From Epiperipatus broadwayi (lineage: Eukaryota > Animalia > Onychophora), in contig JAQFVV010000010.1 of assembly GCA_028023455.1 (NCBI GenBank), positions 11,160,001-11,224,000 of the forward strand: DNA of 64,000 nucleotides, written 5' to 3'. A program made the translations under genes and the position numbers. The notes beneath the pieces are model-generated. The model saw nothing but the letters and a program-made list of their open reading frames with translations, searched no databases and was not told the origin of the DNA. The first letter of the stretch is position 1. The number at the start of each line of letters is the position of its first letter. Of this stretch, positions 40,601 through 54,317 are shown piece by piece.

Positions 40601-41339
40601 TTTTAAAATTGACTTTTTAAAAAAATAATAGTTAAATACAAACTATCAATTTAAGTCAAAAATGAAATGAAGTTGAAAATTAATGAATGAGATTAGATTA
40701 AGATTTTTTGGTACTCACATATTAGTCCTGCTATTCCTTTTCATATTCATATCAATCCACTGCTAACTTTCTAATCTTGTGACCTGACCGAATAACATGT
40801 ACATTGAAACTTATATACACTTAAAATGATAAATTTGTCAAAATGGATCATGTGTACATGATATTTTTGCAACATTTACAAAATTATTGTAGTCTGAATG
40901 CATTTGTGAAAAGGCATAGCAACTCTAATACATGGCATTAGACTAAATCTGGAAAAGTACATTTTTAACAATACAAAAAATATAAATTTCACACTAAAAT
41001 ATTAAATATGACCCAGCATTATGCAATTCTCGAATGTTACTTTAAATACGGATATTTAAGCCTATCATGAAATTACAAAACAATCACTAAAGCAAAATTG
41101 GCAAAAAACAACAAAAAATAATACTAAAGTATTACTGCAGCATGTCTAAGTATTATATCTATATCTGATATGAAATTAGAAAATGCTTAAAATGAAAACA
41201 TACTTATCGTGTAATATATAACAGGAATTGTTATCATGATCAAAAAATCGTTTGTCTGTTCTACCTTATTTAAAGTAAATAAAATTTTGTTCCAAAATGG
41301 AAGCGTAAAGTAAAATCTTTTTTCAAAATGGAGACTTAC

Positions 41340-41940
41340 TTAACATGTCACACAAAAATTGTTGTAACCGGAAGCTCATAATTCGGCAGTTTTATAGGCT
41401 TTCCAACAGTCTGAATAAATTGTAGATTTCTCTTCCACATTTTGTTTGATGGCTTCTATCAGAGTTGCCACTGTTCAATCATAAATTCTTATGATGAAAC
41501 ACTCAACAGTCTCCCTGCAAAAGCCATCAAACATCCATTGTTCCAGAAGAATTCATCCATCTTGGGTTTTTTTTTTTGTGCAAAAAAAGGCTTGTCAATT
41601 TCAACAATTTTGTTAGGGCTTCCAATTTAACATTTTTCTCACTCTATCGTCGCATTGGTACAAATTACCCGTATATTAGTTATTCTAGTCTATTACAGTT
41701 TTGTCTATTAAACCAAGCTCTGTTTTATCCCATTCTAAGGATGTTAATTTGCAAGCCCAGCTGTAAATAAATCGGATTGATGTCAAAAATGGAATTCTGG
41801 AATCCTCTACCCACGTTCCCTTACAAAGGCTCATTTTATTATTACATGCTCAAATTTTACAATGCCATTGCTTGTCCGAAGTGTTGATATACTCGACTGC
41901 ATTGATTTCAGTAGCGAGTAAACTCCAAATGTTCATCATT
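41340..41940 (-). mobile_element. Decayed Merlin (IS1016/ISXO2-like) DDE transposase
   Basis: Minus strand MMNIWSLL...KGTWVEDSRIPF...FIYSWA...NKIVEID...EQWMFDGFCRETVECF...IKQNVEEKSTIYSDCWKAY; stops and frameshifts; no TIRs found. Confidence 0.85.
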
Positions 41941-42734
41941 TTGTACTTCTAAAAAAAAAAGTAGCATTAATCAGAAAATAGAAAAGTAAATCAGCACTGA
42001 AGTAAAAAATACTTTGAGAAGAACTTGTCTGAAAGAAATCTGGACAATAAATGAAAGTGTAAATTTATTATGTTATTGGACAGCATTGGATGAGATCGCA
42101 AGGTTTATTTGATGGGATCACAAGATTAGACATTGTGAATATGAAAAGGCATAGCATGCCTCCTGTGTTGCAGGTCTACTATGTTACTACCGATTTTTTT
42201 AATAATAGCATGTGTGTTTCTTTTATAAAACCACATGCATCGAGATTTTCCACTTCATTTCCTGTATCCAAACCAATCCCATTCTAGTATTTTGTCATAA
42301 TACTAGCATAATTTTAACTTTTTAATTGATCTGATCTTGAACATTATCAATCCAGATGATTCAACCATGTGTCTGTCAAGACCAACAATTACCACATAAT
42401 TAATCTTATTAATTCTGATAAAATTATTAAATAATTTTTTAACTTGGTTAAATTATTTATTTATTTTCAAATTAAACATTCTCTTATTCAAATATACTAT
42501 TTTCACTGTATTTAATTCTTACTTTATTCTAATCAAAAGCTTTTAATATTGGAAATTAATTTGATGTATCTTTTTTTTTAAAAAAAAAAAATACATTTTT
42601 TATAAAAAAAATTTAACTTTCAATATTTCACATGCATGCTCCAAACATTCAGACACACAAATATACTTTAAATATAGCCATTATTTTTAAATAATGAATG
42701 GGTATGACAATAATATTGGTACCAGCATAGGATT

Positions 42735-43040
42735 TGGACTTTTCATCTCAGATTTTCAATGATATGGATGACTGAAAAGTTGGAGGTTGGAGTAGATTGA
42801 AGCCTGTCCATTAAAGTGTGAAGATTTGCTATCTTAATATAAACTGAGCACTGATTATATATATATGTGTGTGTGTAGGAGATGATAATCTAGACCAACT
42901 GATGAGTGCTGGTTTAGTATGAAATACTTTTATGGGTGATTATTTATCTTTTCTACATGTATGTGATCATGCAAATCAGTTGTATGAGATAGTGTAGATG
43001 GTTGAAGAGTGCTTGAAAGTCTGAGTTCAAATCCCCTATA
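42735..43040 (+). mobile_element. H463 copy with HHR at 42895-42936 and B-box-like gagttcaaatccc
   Basis: ccaa-CTGATGA-gtgctg-gtt-tagtat-GAAA-tactttt-a-tggg. Confidence 0.8.
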
Positions 43041-44379
43041 TTTAAACAATGAAAATAAATTAGTTACTGACTAACATTTAAAACCAATTGAAATTGACAG
43101 TTAACCCAGTCTATTATATTTAATGTCTTTAAAATTTTAATTTTAATACTCTTACCTAAATTGGCATTTAATAAACTATAACTTTCAAATTTTTTATTTT
43201 AAAAATTAACAATTGAAAAATTTAACAGAATTAAATAACCATTTTTATACAACATGAAATAACTTTATCTATTATATTTACTCCAAACATGGCAAGGCTT
43301 TAAATTGACTTTTTTTAAATTCAATCTATCAATTTTATTCTTTCTACCAAATATTAAGCAATCTAAGTTTTTTTTTTTTAAAAAATAATTGATACCTAAA
43401 TAGGCTTATTTAAATCCAATAGTATTGAAACATTTAACTTAAGATTTTTATTATAATAGTACTAATAAGAAAATTCATTTATTATATTCGAAAAAAATTT
43501 TTTAATACTTTAAAACATATATTTAACCCACAGGGTTAAATATACGTTACATATATATATACACACTGATATCATAATCATCTATAAAGATGAAGGCTTC
43601 CAATCTTTACAATATATATATACACTTAAGTACACATACATATTTATCTATATTACTAATACATTTATTGATTATATGATAATCACCAAAAGACATTGAC
43701 ATGTGTCACTTTATGAATTTATAAATATGCAAGTTTCATTTATGTAATTGACCAAGATATTTACTAATACAGTTTTAAACTCCTAATTCTAAACAGACAG
43801 TAATCAATCACTATACATTCAATAAAAACAATGTTGGTTTAATATGGCAGTACAGTGCATGGGTAGCCATTACATCTGTTTAGAATTAAAGTTTCAGTTT
43901 AGTAAAGCTTTATTCTTTTGCTATCCATTAATAATTAAAAAAAAAAGACTAGAGATTAAAAACATTTAAAATTTTCAGTCTTTCTATAAAACAATTTTAA
44001 GTTGAATATGAAATGTCTTAGTGTTTAAATTACACTGTGGATATTGAAAATCTGTATATTTAAACAACCAAGAAACAAATATGTGTAATATTATACATTA
44101 TTATTACTTTTTTCAGTTGATCTTCATGATGAAAAGACATAATTATTTTGTGATATAGCATTAATTTGAAATGCTAAAATAAATTATATTAAAGATGGTG
44201 GCAAGCAGTGTTACATCTACCAGTCAATGATGATCAAATATTATCACTTGTTTTTAATACCTTATGGTTTAGTTAGCCCTAAATTATTTTTGGGGCAAAT
44301 CACAACACCTGTATATATATAATTAATTTAATTTCATATGTCTAAAATCAAATAAAAATATTTTTTAAAATGAATATAT

Positions 44380-46100
44380 ATATTGAGAAGAATTATTTTC
44401 GCCTCATACTTAGAGAAGATTGTCTTATATAATAAATATAAATTAATTAAAGTTACATTATTTAAAATTTAATTGATAATGTGGCAAGAAAAGTTAAATG
44501 TTTGGTAATTAAAAAAATGATAGTAATTTTTTTTTAATTAAATAAACTTATAAATCATGAGATATAAAATGTAGTAGTTAACATTGTAAAGTAAAGATTT
44601 CATTTGTTCTTTTTAAATTATTTTTTGTTTTTGTAACCCAAATGGTATTAAGATTGTTTTCTCATATTAAAAATTGAATTGTCAAGCGTTGTTAGCTGAG
44701 AGGACATCGCAGCCTCCTTGTAAGCAAGTAGTTGGTTGCAGATGGTTGTGGGTTTGCGTCTCGGCCGATGCTATGACATATGAAAAAAAAAAAATTGAAG
44801 AATTGTTAGAAAATGAGAAATATGGTGTGAGGTTTAAGGTAATGATTAGAGACTATTATTTGACTGGATAAATTAGACTGAAGGCTGCAGGTTCATTAAA
44901 TTTTAAATGGTCTGACTGTTGATTTTTGTAAGAAGTTGATATTATTCAGAATTTAAAATTGTAGCCTTATTGGTATACAATTTGAAGTGATAGTGACTGA
45001 AATTATCAAGGAATAATATAAAAGGACTGTTGAAATTTATGTGTGATGAAATATAAGAATGGATTTTTAACAAAAATGTTATTAAGTTTTACTGCTCATA
45101 CTATTATTAGAAATGAGAAATATATATTTAAGAGATAAGGTAATGACTTTGAGACATTCACTTGTAATTGGATAGACTAGACTGAAAATGGATTCATTAA
45201 ATTTAATTAGTCTGATTCTGTCAGTCTTGTCTGAAAATTTGGTATTTACAAAGTGATAATATCTAAAATTATTAGCTATTATCAAAAAATAGTAAAATCC
45301 AAAAGATTAGTGTAGCAGAAAAATAAATAATATTAAATCATTCTGAAAGCTGAGAATGACTTTTAGTATAAGTAACAATATGGAATTATTCATTGGTATA
45401 TACTAAATTTATCTGAAGCTGAGGGTCACTTAGTCACCAATGTAGCTAACTTCATGAAAATTATTTGAAAGGAAAGAACATGTCTGTTGTGGAAGCTTTG
45501 AACCGTCTTTAAATATATATTCTAGCTAGTAGCATGACTGACAACAGAAAAAAAGTCTAACTAGAATAACTATTAGAGAACTAAGAATATTGGTAATAAT
45601 AAAAAATGCCTTAATTTATATGTGCATATGTACATCTTTTAAAAAGAGTTTATTTTATTATTTAATCATATATAACCATAATCTATTAAGTTTTTGTATT
45701 AACAAACATTTTTTTGGTTAATACAATTTTAACCTTCAGGAGGGAGCGATCTTATTATAGTTTTGTTTGCTGCCACAGTAATTTGGGGAAGGGGATTTAT
45801 TGAAATAATATCTTTAATTTTAAAATAAATAAATGTTATTTGTGTGGTGGATTTATTGAAATAATATCTTTAATTTTAAAATGAATAAATGTTATTTGTA
45901 TGGTTACTATTCCTATAATAGGAGTGGAACAATTTCTAAAATCTGAAAAATAAATATTTATTTGTTCTTATAGTTTTAAAAAGCCTATCTAATTTTTATC
46001 TATCAATTATTAAAAAAAATGTGTGTGCTATTATGAATAAGTAATTAAAAATAATATGTAGTTATAGATACTATAGTGTATACAATTATATATATATTAT
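44380..46100 (+). repeat. Diverged long direct repeat, copy 1 (copy 2 at about 50260-51780)
   Basis: Colinear shared blocks: cttagagaag, gttatttaaaattta..tgataat.tg.caagaaaagttaa, ttttttgtttttgtaac..aaatggtatt, tgacaacagaaa, aagcctatctaat. Confidence 0.7.
44681..44794 (+). mobile_element. tRNA-derived short SINE, subfamily A, poly(A), probable TSD aaaaattgaa
   Basis: gtcaagcgttgttagctgagagg...tcggccgatgctatgacatatg(A)n; aaaaattgaa on both sides. Confidence 0.85.
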
Positions 46101-47099
46101 CTTGCTATCTTATTTATATTATATATAAATGTGAAAATTTGTTTGTTTGCTTGTGACTTTATAATTTAACAAATGTTAGCATCGATTTTAAAGAATCTAT
46201 TACGATTTTCATTCTTTTTTTTTGTATAGAATTTTAGTAGCATATAATTTTTTGCTTTAAATGTTTTTTAAAAAATTGTAATTTGCAATATAAATATACA
46301 TGCAAAATATATATCACAGCTGTTTTTGAATGATGTCATAAAAATCTAAAATTTTGTAAATATATTTTTAAATTAATTAAATTGTGTTTGTGTACATATT
46401 TAATTTCTTATTTGGATAATGATAATTTAGATCACTTATAATAATGAATTATGTTAAAGTAAAGTTTAAAATGGCACAGGTACAGCAAGAGAAATACTAC
46501 TGAATTTGATTTATTTTTAGAATGAAATTTATAAGCTTTTATGGATGTTGGTTTAATATATTTAACATATAAAAATGTGATTTAGAACTATATAATAAAC
46601 AGAATGGGTAAATTACTATGAAACTGTATATGATATTGTAGTCCTCTATGTAAAATTGAATATCAACCATTGGAAAATAAATAGTGTGCTTATCCTTAAG
46701 TCTAGAAAGATAAGATTTATCTCATTGGAGAATAACTATTAATTTATATTTAGAGAATATAGGAATAGATTTTTATTGCATCTTCTCATAGAATTATAAT
46801 GCATTTTAGGATTTGAAATGAGATCTAATAATTATTAACTTTTAATGTACTATATACCCTAGTCATCATTTCAGGATATACATACTAAAAATTTCATTTT
46901 TGTAGTTCATCACTAGCCAAAATGTTTTACATTTTAAAAAATATATGATGTTGCTAAGATGAGATTCAACAATAAACCATAAATGCATGAGATTAAAAAA
47001 AATATTATTATACAATATGGTAATATTATTAAGTATAAAGGAGAATATCAATCACATATGCATGAACAGTATAAAACGAGGAATAAAGTAAAAGCAATA

Positions 47100-50000
47100 A
47101 ATTGAGCTAAATATTTAAAGGAGACAAGTTGAGACTGCAGCACGGGTGACAAAGGGCTATGAGATTCATCTATATGAAATACTACTTTTAATTTTTACAG
47201 AGAAAAATAAAGTGATCATTAACTTATACAGTAATGAGCAAAAATAAAATAAAAAGTAGAGCTTGGTCAAAGCCAAGATCAACATCCAACTAAATCAGCA
47301 AAAATTGAGGGAATAGTCATAACAGAACCAATATGAGAAATATTATCAAAAAAGAGAAGATAATCAAAAGAGAGAAAAAATTCAGATAGTAATGATAAAG
47401 ATTGGTGAAAACAGACAAATGATGATAATAAGAGATTAAATAAAAAAGAGAAATAAGAAAGAAAAGAAAATCAAAGGATGATGAAGTTTTAAATTGGAAA
47501 AAGCAATCAAAATGGAGAAGAAATTCAGATGATGATGAAAAAGGTTGATAAAAGCAATTAAATGATGATATTAAATATAAAAGAAAAGATAATCAAAAAT
47601 GAGGAAGAATCTTCAAGAGTTTGTGCAGAATCTGACCAGAAAAATTGGGATAAGAAAATAGATATTTTATATCATGTGCAAGAATTAAAAAGAAAGGAAG
47701 TGAAAGGAGTCGATGAGTGAATGAAGAGAAAGGAGAAAATGAAGTTGGAAGAGGAGAAGAAGAAATAGTTAAAATGAGAGATGACAGAAAAAGTAATAGT
47801 GCAAGAGTGGGTAGTTGAACACACTTAATTTAAAAAAAGTTTGAAAGCAACCTGAAAGATTGTTAATTGAAAATTTCACAGATTTGAGAACAAGAATGTA
47901 TATATGCAGAAATATTACACGAAAAGATGAGACAAAAATGTAAAATACCAAAATCATTTAGTGAACCTGATCATAATATGATAATAAAACCTAGAGAATA
48001 TGGTTTATTTTAAAGATAAAGTTGTTTAAAGGAGATGCAGGGGATACTTCTATGGAACATCTTGACAGTTTGAGAACTTTTATTCATTTGGATAGATAAT
48101 AGCAGACTATAGCATTGGCCTGTGCTCAGCTACAAGGGTCAACAGACCACTGACAGAATTCATTATCATAGAAACCAATAGACTTCCAAGAATATAAAGA
48201 TATAGTACTTTATGAATACTGTGTTGGATATCATAGGAAAGATATTGAATAAGAGCTAGAAAGATTTGTATTTAGTTTTTCCAACATCAGATATCGAGTC
48301 TTAGAGTTGACTACACATGTTTTAATTCATAGCTGAATAATTAGAATCATCACATAAATATGCTATAAATTAAACCAAATGATTATGAGTACCAATATAA
48401 AGTCTATTAAACAGGTAGCAGTGTGACTGACTGAATCCAATGGACATGAGCCAGCAGATGCAAGAAGAACTTACAAGGAGGAATTTTGGACCTACTTATT
48501 TCTAAAACAAGAGAGAGTGTTAATATAAATTTATGTTTGTAAAAAAAAATAGTCTACAGAACTAAGAAAAAATCAAAAATGAAGGCATTTCTGAACATAG
48601 AAGAATAATATAAACCAGCAACAGTGTGGACAATATACATCCTATTCACCTTCACTATGTTCTGGTTCTATAGAAATTAAGACTGGTTTGAAACCAAATA
48701 AGTTACTTGGATTGTTCTTAAAATTGATGAACTTAAAAATGCTATCTAAGTATAAAATAAAATAATGGTATACAAATAAAATTAATGGGCTAATAAGTAC
48801 ATTAAGAATTAATATTTTGAAAACAATACTAAAAATTACTTTAGAGATTTAAATACCAACCATGTCTAAAATATTTGTCATGTCTTAATGTTAAAACTAG
48901 CATCTGAAGAAAATAGACTACAATATATGACCAAGTTAATATTTTTTTACTCTTATTAAAAAAATATTTTAAAGGGGAAATTAATGACAGATTAATAAGA
49001 AAAGATTAGCTACGTTTTAGAGTTGAAAGAAATAATTAAGGAGAATAATGTTTATTGATATTTTATGGATTCATGAGAGAGTCGGAAATTGTATTTTGTA
49101 GAGATATATTTATAACTAATTTGGTTGTTAGAGTCTGCATTTGTGGATCTAAACTGGTCACCTATTATAGCAGGTTTTTTTTTTTCCATTATCAATCAAC
49201 TGCTACAGATATTGTGCCTGATGCTAAAGCTAAGATATCTAGTTTTTATTACTGGAAGAGTTTTTACTAGATTAGTTGTCAACCAATGATGAAGAAATCC
49301 TGATTCAGTTTATTTTTTTATATCAATAAAGTATTTTCTGGCATCAATAATATGTTTCTTGGAGAAAGTGTTTCATTACTAGTTTATATCCATTTCATCT
49401 ATCTGTGGCTGTTGGTTCACATTAGGTAATATGAACTGATGGAAACTGATTTGAGAACTGTTTGATATTCTATATCATGGAGATAGGTATTTAATCCTTA
49501 CATGGATTTGATGGCTGTCAGACAATGATTTTTAAGAGGAAAAAAATAGGTGAAATAGATCAAAGCATTTTACCTGGTATAATAAATAAGCATTTTTATA
49601 CCAATCAGTGTCCACTACACTCGTGGCAAAATAATAGCAAGATTAAGTCTTCCAAGTAAGTCATAAACTAATCATTAATTTGAAAAATCCAGAATATATG
49701 CCACTGGCTTGTAAGAAAGCCATACCAATCATTATAAATCGTAAATTCTAGAAATTATCGCCCAACATGGATTTTCATATTTAATTAAAATTATAACTAA
49801 AAATAAAATATTAACGATCTTAAGATAAGGAGTTCAAATGTATTGAATTATCTACGTGTTTTCCTATTCTCAACTTATCCATCGCTAATTGGATTTCTCA
49901 ATATTGTACTCCTAAAATACTACTCATATTTGAACTCTAGACTTTACAAATAATTCCTAATTGTAACATTCATTTGTCTTTAATGGTTAATATACACTCT

Positions 50001-50150
50001 TTCCACATCCCTTTCCCTTTTCATATGATCCTTCCCCTTTTACCATGTTGTTCCTGAATTTCATTTTTACAATTCTTTGTAAACCTCTTATATAACTGTA
50101 TCTGTACCTTTTTTTTTGATGAATAAACTTTCATCACTGAGAAAAAAAAA
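47100..50150 (+). other. Purine-rich decayed coding-like region ending in AATAAA and an A-run; probable old retroelement, family not identified
   Basis: K/E/D-rich broken frames with degenerate internal repeats (47350-47650); gatgaataaactttcatcactgagaaaaaaaaaa at about 50118-50150. Confidence 0.3.
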
Positions 50151-50259
50151 AGTTATTGAAAGAGACTTAATTTTAATTTGACGGGTAAAGAAAAAAAATG
50201 ATTAAAAAAAGTGTTTCAAGATTAATCAGGAACAACCGTCTTTTTATTCTAGTCGGGGG

Positions 50260-51780
50260 GGGGGGGTAGATGAATTTTCTCTTCATGCTTAGAGAAGTTG
50301 GCTTATAAAATAAATATAAGCCAATAGTTACATTATTTAAAGTATAATGTGGAGGGAATGGAAATAATTTGTTTTCATGCTTAGAGAAGGTTGATTTATA
50401 TAATAATAAAAATATTGCTCACTAGTTCGTAAGAAGTTCGAACAGCCACTTATATAATAAATAGACAGGTTATTTAAAATTTAAATGATAATATGACAAG
50501 AAAAGTTAAGTGTTGGATAAATCAAACATGATATTAAATTTTGTTTAGTTAAATAATATATATGACGCTAAATATAAAATCTATCAGTTAAGATTATAAA
50601 AATAAAAGATTTCTTATACTGTACTGTATTTATATTTGTACAGAAGTATAAGAAAGTTGTGTAACTTTTTTTTTGTTTTTGTAACAAAAATGGTATTGGT
50701 TTTTTTTTTTAAATATACTGTGTATTAAGAATTAAAGAATAGTTAGAAAATATGTTTAAGACAGAAAGTGATGAATGTAGTTTTAATTAATATGACTATT
50801 GGTTTTGGTAAGAAATTAGCATTATTCAGAACTTAAAATTTTAGCATTATCTGGTTAACCCCCCCCCCCCATATGTCATAGCATCGGCCGGGAAGCGAAA
50901 CCGCAACCGTCAGCAACCAACTACTTGCTTGCAAGGCGGCTACGCTGACTTCTTGGCTAACAACACTTGACTGTTTTACCATTTTAAGTAATAATAGCTG
51001 AAATTGGTATTAAAAAATATTCAAAGGACTATTAGAGCAGAAATAGAAATATTAATTCTTGAAAATTGATAATGACATTTAGTATGTGTAGTATTATGAA
51101 ATCATTCAACAACATAAGCTTGCCTAGAGTTGAGATTTGCTGACCCTTCATCAAATTTATATAAGAAGAAATAGAATATCTCTTGAAGAAACCCTCAACC
51201 ATCTTGAAATGTGTATTCCATCTAAAAGCATAAATGACAACAGAAAGAAGCATGAACTTGAATTGCTATTAGAAAACTAAGAACACAGTTAATAGTAATA
51301 AAATGTCTAGTGTGTACGCACATATATTGTACTATAGATGAGCTCCCTATTTTTGTTGTTTTACTATTGAATCATAAAGTGGTATAATATATTAAGTTGT
51401 ATTAACAAAATAATTTTTTTTTTTATCTTCAAAGAGAGAAAATTAATCAATTCATTTTCGACTTTTAAATTAAGAGGGAGGGGATTTAATTGTATATACT
51501 TGCTTTTTTATTGTCATCTAGTTTGGAGGGATGAGTTATTGAAAGAATATCTTTATTTTAGATGGTTACCATTTCTATTATAGGGGTGGAAGGCTTTTCT
51601 AACATCTGAAAACTATTTTTTTTTGTACTTTTTTTATAATTAAAAGAAAGCCTATCTAATCTTTATATTAGCTGTTAAAAATTTAATGAATAAGTAATTA
51701 ACAATAATATGTAGTTATGAATGTATATATAATTAAATGTATAATTTTTTTTAATCTTCCCACATCATTTGATTAAATTA
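50260..51780 (+). repeat. Diverged long direct repeat, copy 2
   Basis: Colinear with 44380-46100. Confidence 0.7.
50859..50971 (-). mobile_element. tRNA-derived short SINE, subfamily A, with a G12 run in place of poly(A)
   Basis: C12 at 50859-50870, then atatgtcatagcatcggccgggaagcgaaaccgc...ggctaacaacacttgac. Confidence 0.85.
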
Positions 51781-53160
51781 ATTGTTATTATAATTTAATC
51801 TCATTGACTCATCATTAATTCATACATACATTTTGTTTTAAGCAATGTGTGTGTGTGTTTGTGATTGGTTAAAAAAGAAATTCAGAGTGACATGCTTGTT
51901 CTATGCAATTAATGGAGTGTGTGGATTAATATAAGTGTCTGATTGTGATGTCAGTACTGGAACATCTGCAAATTGAAGAACCTGCTATACTATCAATGTT
52001 ATGTATGAATTAGAGAAGAAGTCTAGAAAGATTAGTTTTTCATCATCTTCTATGTTCTCATAAAATTATGATACACTTTGGTATTACAAATGAAATCTGA
52101 TAGTGAGCACAAGTTATATTACCTTTTTATGCATCAATGTGTAGCCTATGTATAATAGAAGTATATATGGTAATTATCTCTACCCAATATTCTTGGAAAA
52201 CTTATTTTCCATTACAATATATATATATTGAAATTATAAACCTAATAATACAGCAAGCATATAATAAAAAAATGATTATAATTCCAAAGATTAAAAGAAG
52301 TTAACATGATTTAAAATGAAATGAATCCATGAAAGAGTTAGCTAATAAAAGAATTAAAATATATTTTCTTTAGATTAAAGTTCATTTAATGATTAATTAA
52401 ATAAATTCTAAATATTGGAGTAGATATTATCATGTTATTAATCAACTTTTTCTAATATTGGAGTAGATATTATCATGTTATTAATCAACTTATTAAAAAG
52501 TCATTTAAAAGATAATACTAATAATTTAATAATTGATAAATTATTTTAAGTTAATAATAAAATAATATATTTGAATTTATTGTTGACTTTTGAGTCATGA
52601 TACATGAGTTTTTTTTTTTTTTTTGATTGATTGAATACTTAGGATAGATTCTTATAGAAAATTTGGTTTTGAAAATGTAAAATGGATTGCTTTGAAAATT
52701 TTGAACAGATTTGCAAAAATTTATATCAAATTGTCTGAAAATTTCTTTTTGCTCCTTAAAGACAATGCTATTCTCAGTATATCATTTTCTAGTGAATGAT
52801 TTGAAAAAAAATTTTTGGTTGTTATTATTTATCTAATTCTTTTGTAAAATTCTTATTATTTATCCAATGCAATTTAATATTTTACCAATTCAAAAATATT
52901 TAGATTACTATGATTTAATAAACTAGTCAAACTTTTTTTTCTCCATGTGGTATGCCTTCAAAACATATTTAAGTCATGTAAATAAAATAGGAAGCTTTAA
53001 AATAGATGTAATGGGCAAATGCCTCATTTCTAACTCAAATGAATATTACAATATCACTAAGAAAAATGACCTTAAATTAATTGGAAGTTCAGAGATGTCC
53101 AACATCAAAATATGATATCAATAGTATTTAAATCAATCAATGATAAAATATCTTTATATA

Positions 53161-53426
53161 ACAGCAATAATATATATAATAATATTCAAACAAAGCAGTT
53201 AAAAATTTGTAAGTATGAGGTTTCAAACATAAACTAATCTTATTTTAAATTGCATATGTGATTATTTATATAGATAAATAAGCAATTCAATTTACAGCAA
53301 TAATATATATAATAATATTCAAACAAAGCAGTTAAAAATTTGTAAGTATGAGGTTTCAAACATAAACTAATCTTATTTTAAATTGCATATGTGATTATTT
53401 ATATAGGTAAATAAGCAATTCAATTT
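53161..53426 (+). repeat. Near-perfect 133-bp tandem duplication
   Basis: acagcaataatatatataat... starts at 53161 and 53294; one visible mismatch (gataaa/ggtaaa). Confidence 0.9.
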
Positions 53427-54317
53427 TGCATTTTATTATCATTGGAATATGCACTAAACATATTAAAATTAATAATTTATTTAATGACAAAAATTCATTA
53501 GGTAACAAAAGTTTTGTCAGTTTAATTTCTATAAGATATGTTATTTGTTTAAAAAAAGACTAAATAAACAATGCAATTGTAAAAACAAAAAATATTAATA
53601 AAAATTCATATTACACACGTATGAGATAGTAAATACTAGATATCTCATAAGATTAAACATTTAGAAGAGTTGCTATGTACTATTATCACAGAATGACTAA
53701 TCCAGGAAGATGTGTATAGAATAGTTTTGTGGTTTTAAATAATTTATACATTTAATGAAAACTTTATAATAAAGATGATGTAATGAAAGAATAGATTACT
53801 GAATACAATTTAACGTAGTAGATTTATTCTAGTTCTTTTGTGCATATGGTAAACATAAAGTAAATATTTCTTTTAAAATTATAATGGCAGTCAAAATAAA
53901 ATTAATCTGAACAATCTTTATAAATATTTAGAGATAACAGAATAACACTTTTGCCTAAGTTTGAATGGAAATCTTTTGTTTTAAAGATCAAGATAGAGAA
54001 TGTATAAACCCCAAGAAGGACTATATTAGATAAGAATATTCATTAGTTAATATTTGTTGTATAGATAAAATTGAAAATATGAATAAACAGTCTAAATTTT
54101 TTATATAATAATATCTAGCAAAAGCGTATAGTCACTATTCATATGTATATATATATTAAAAACTCAATTTATTGTTATTTAATGAAATTTAAAATGTTAC
54201 TAACAATTTAATTTATATTTTAAATTTGTAAGAGCCTAAAATTATATGCAATAAACTAACATTAACAAGCAGCAAAAAGGTAATTTATCTACTTTATATG
54301 ATGATAATAAATTCCGC

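Noticed and set aside
40719-40783. 65-nt minus-strand exon with GTGAGT donor
   Set aside because: Stops in all three frames and no supported neighbouring exons; could only be a UTR or terminal exon.
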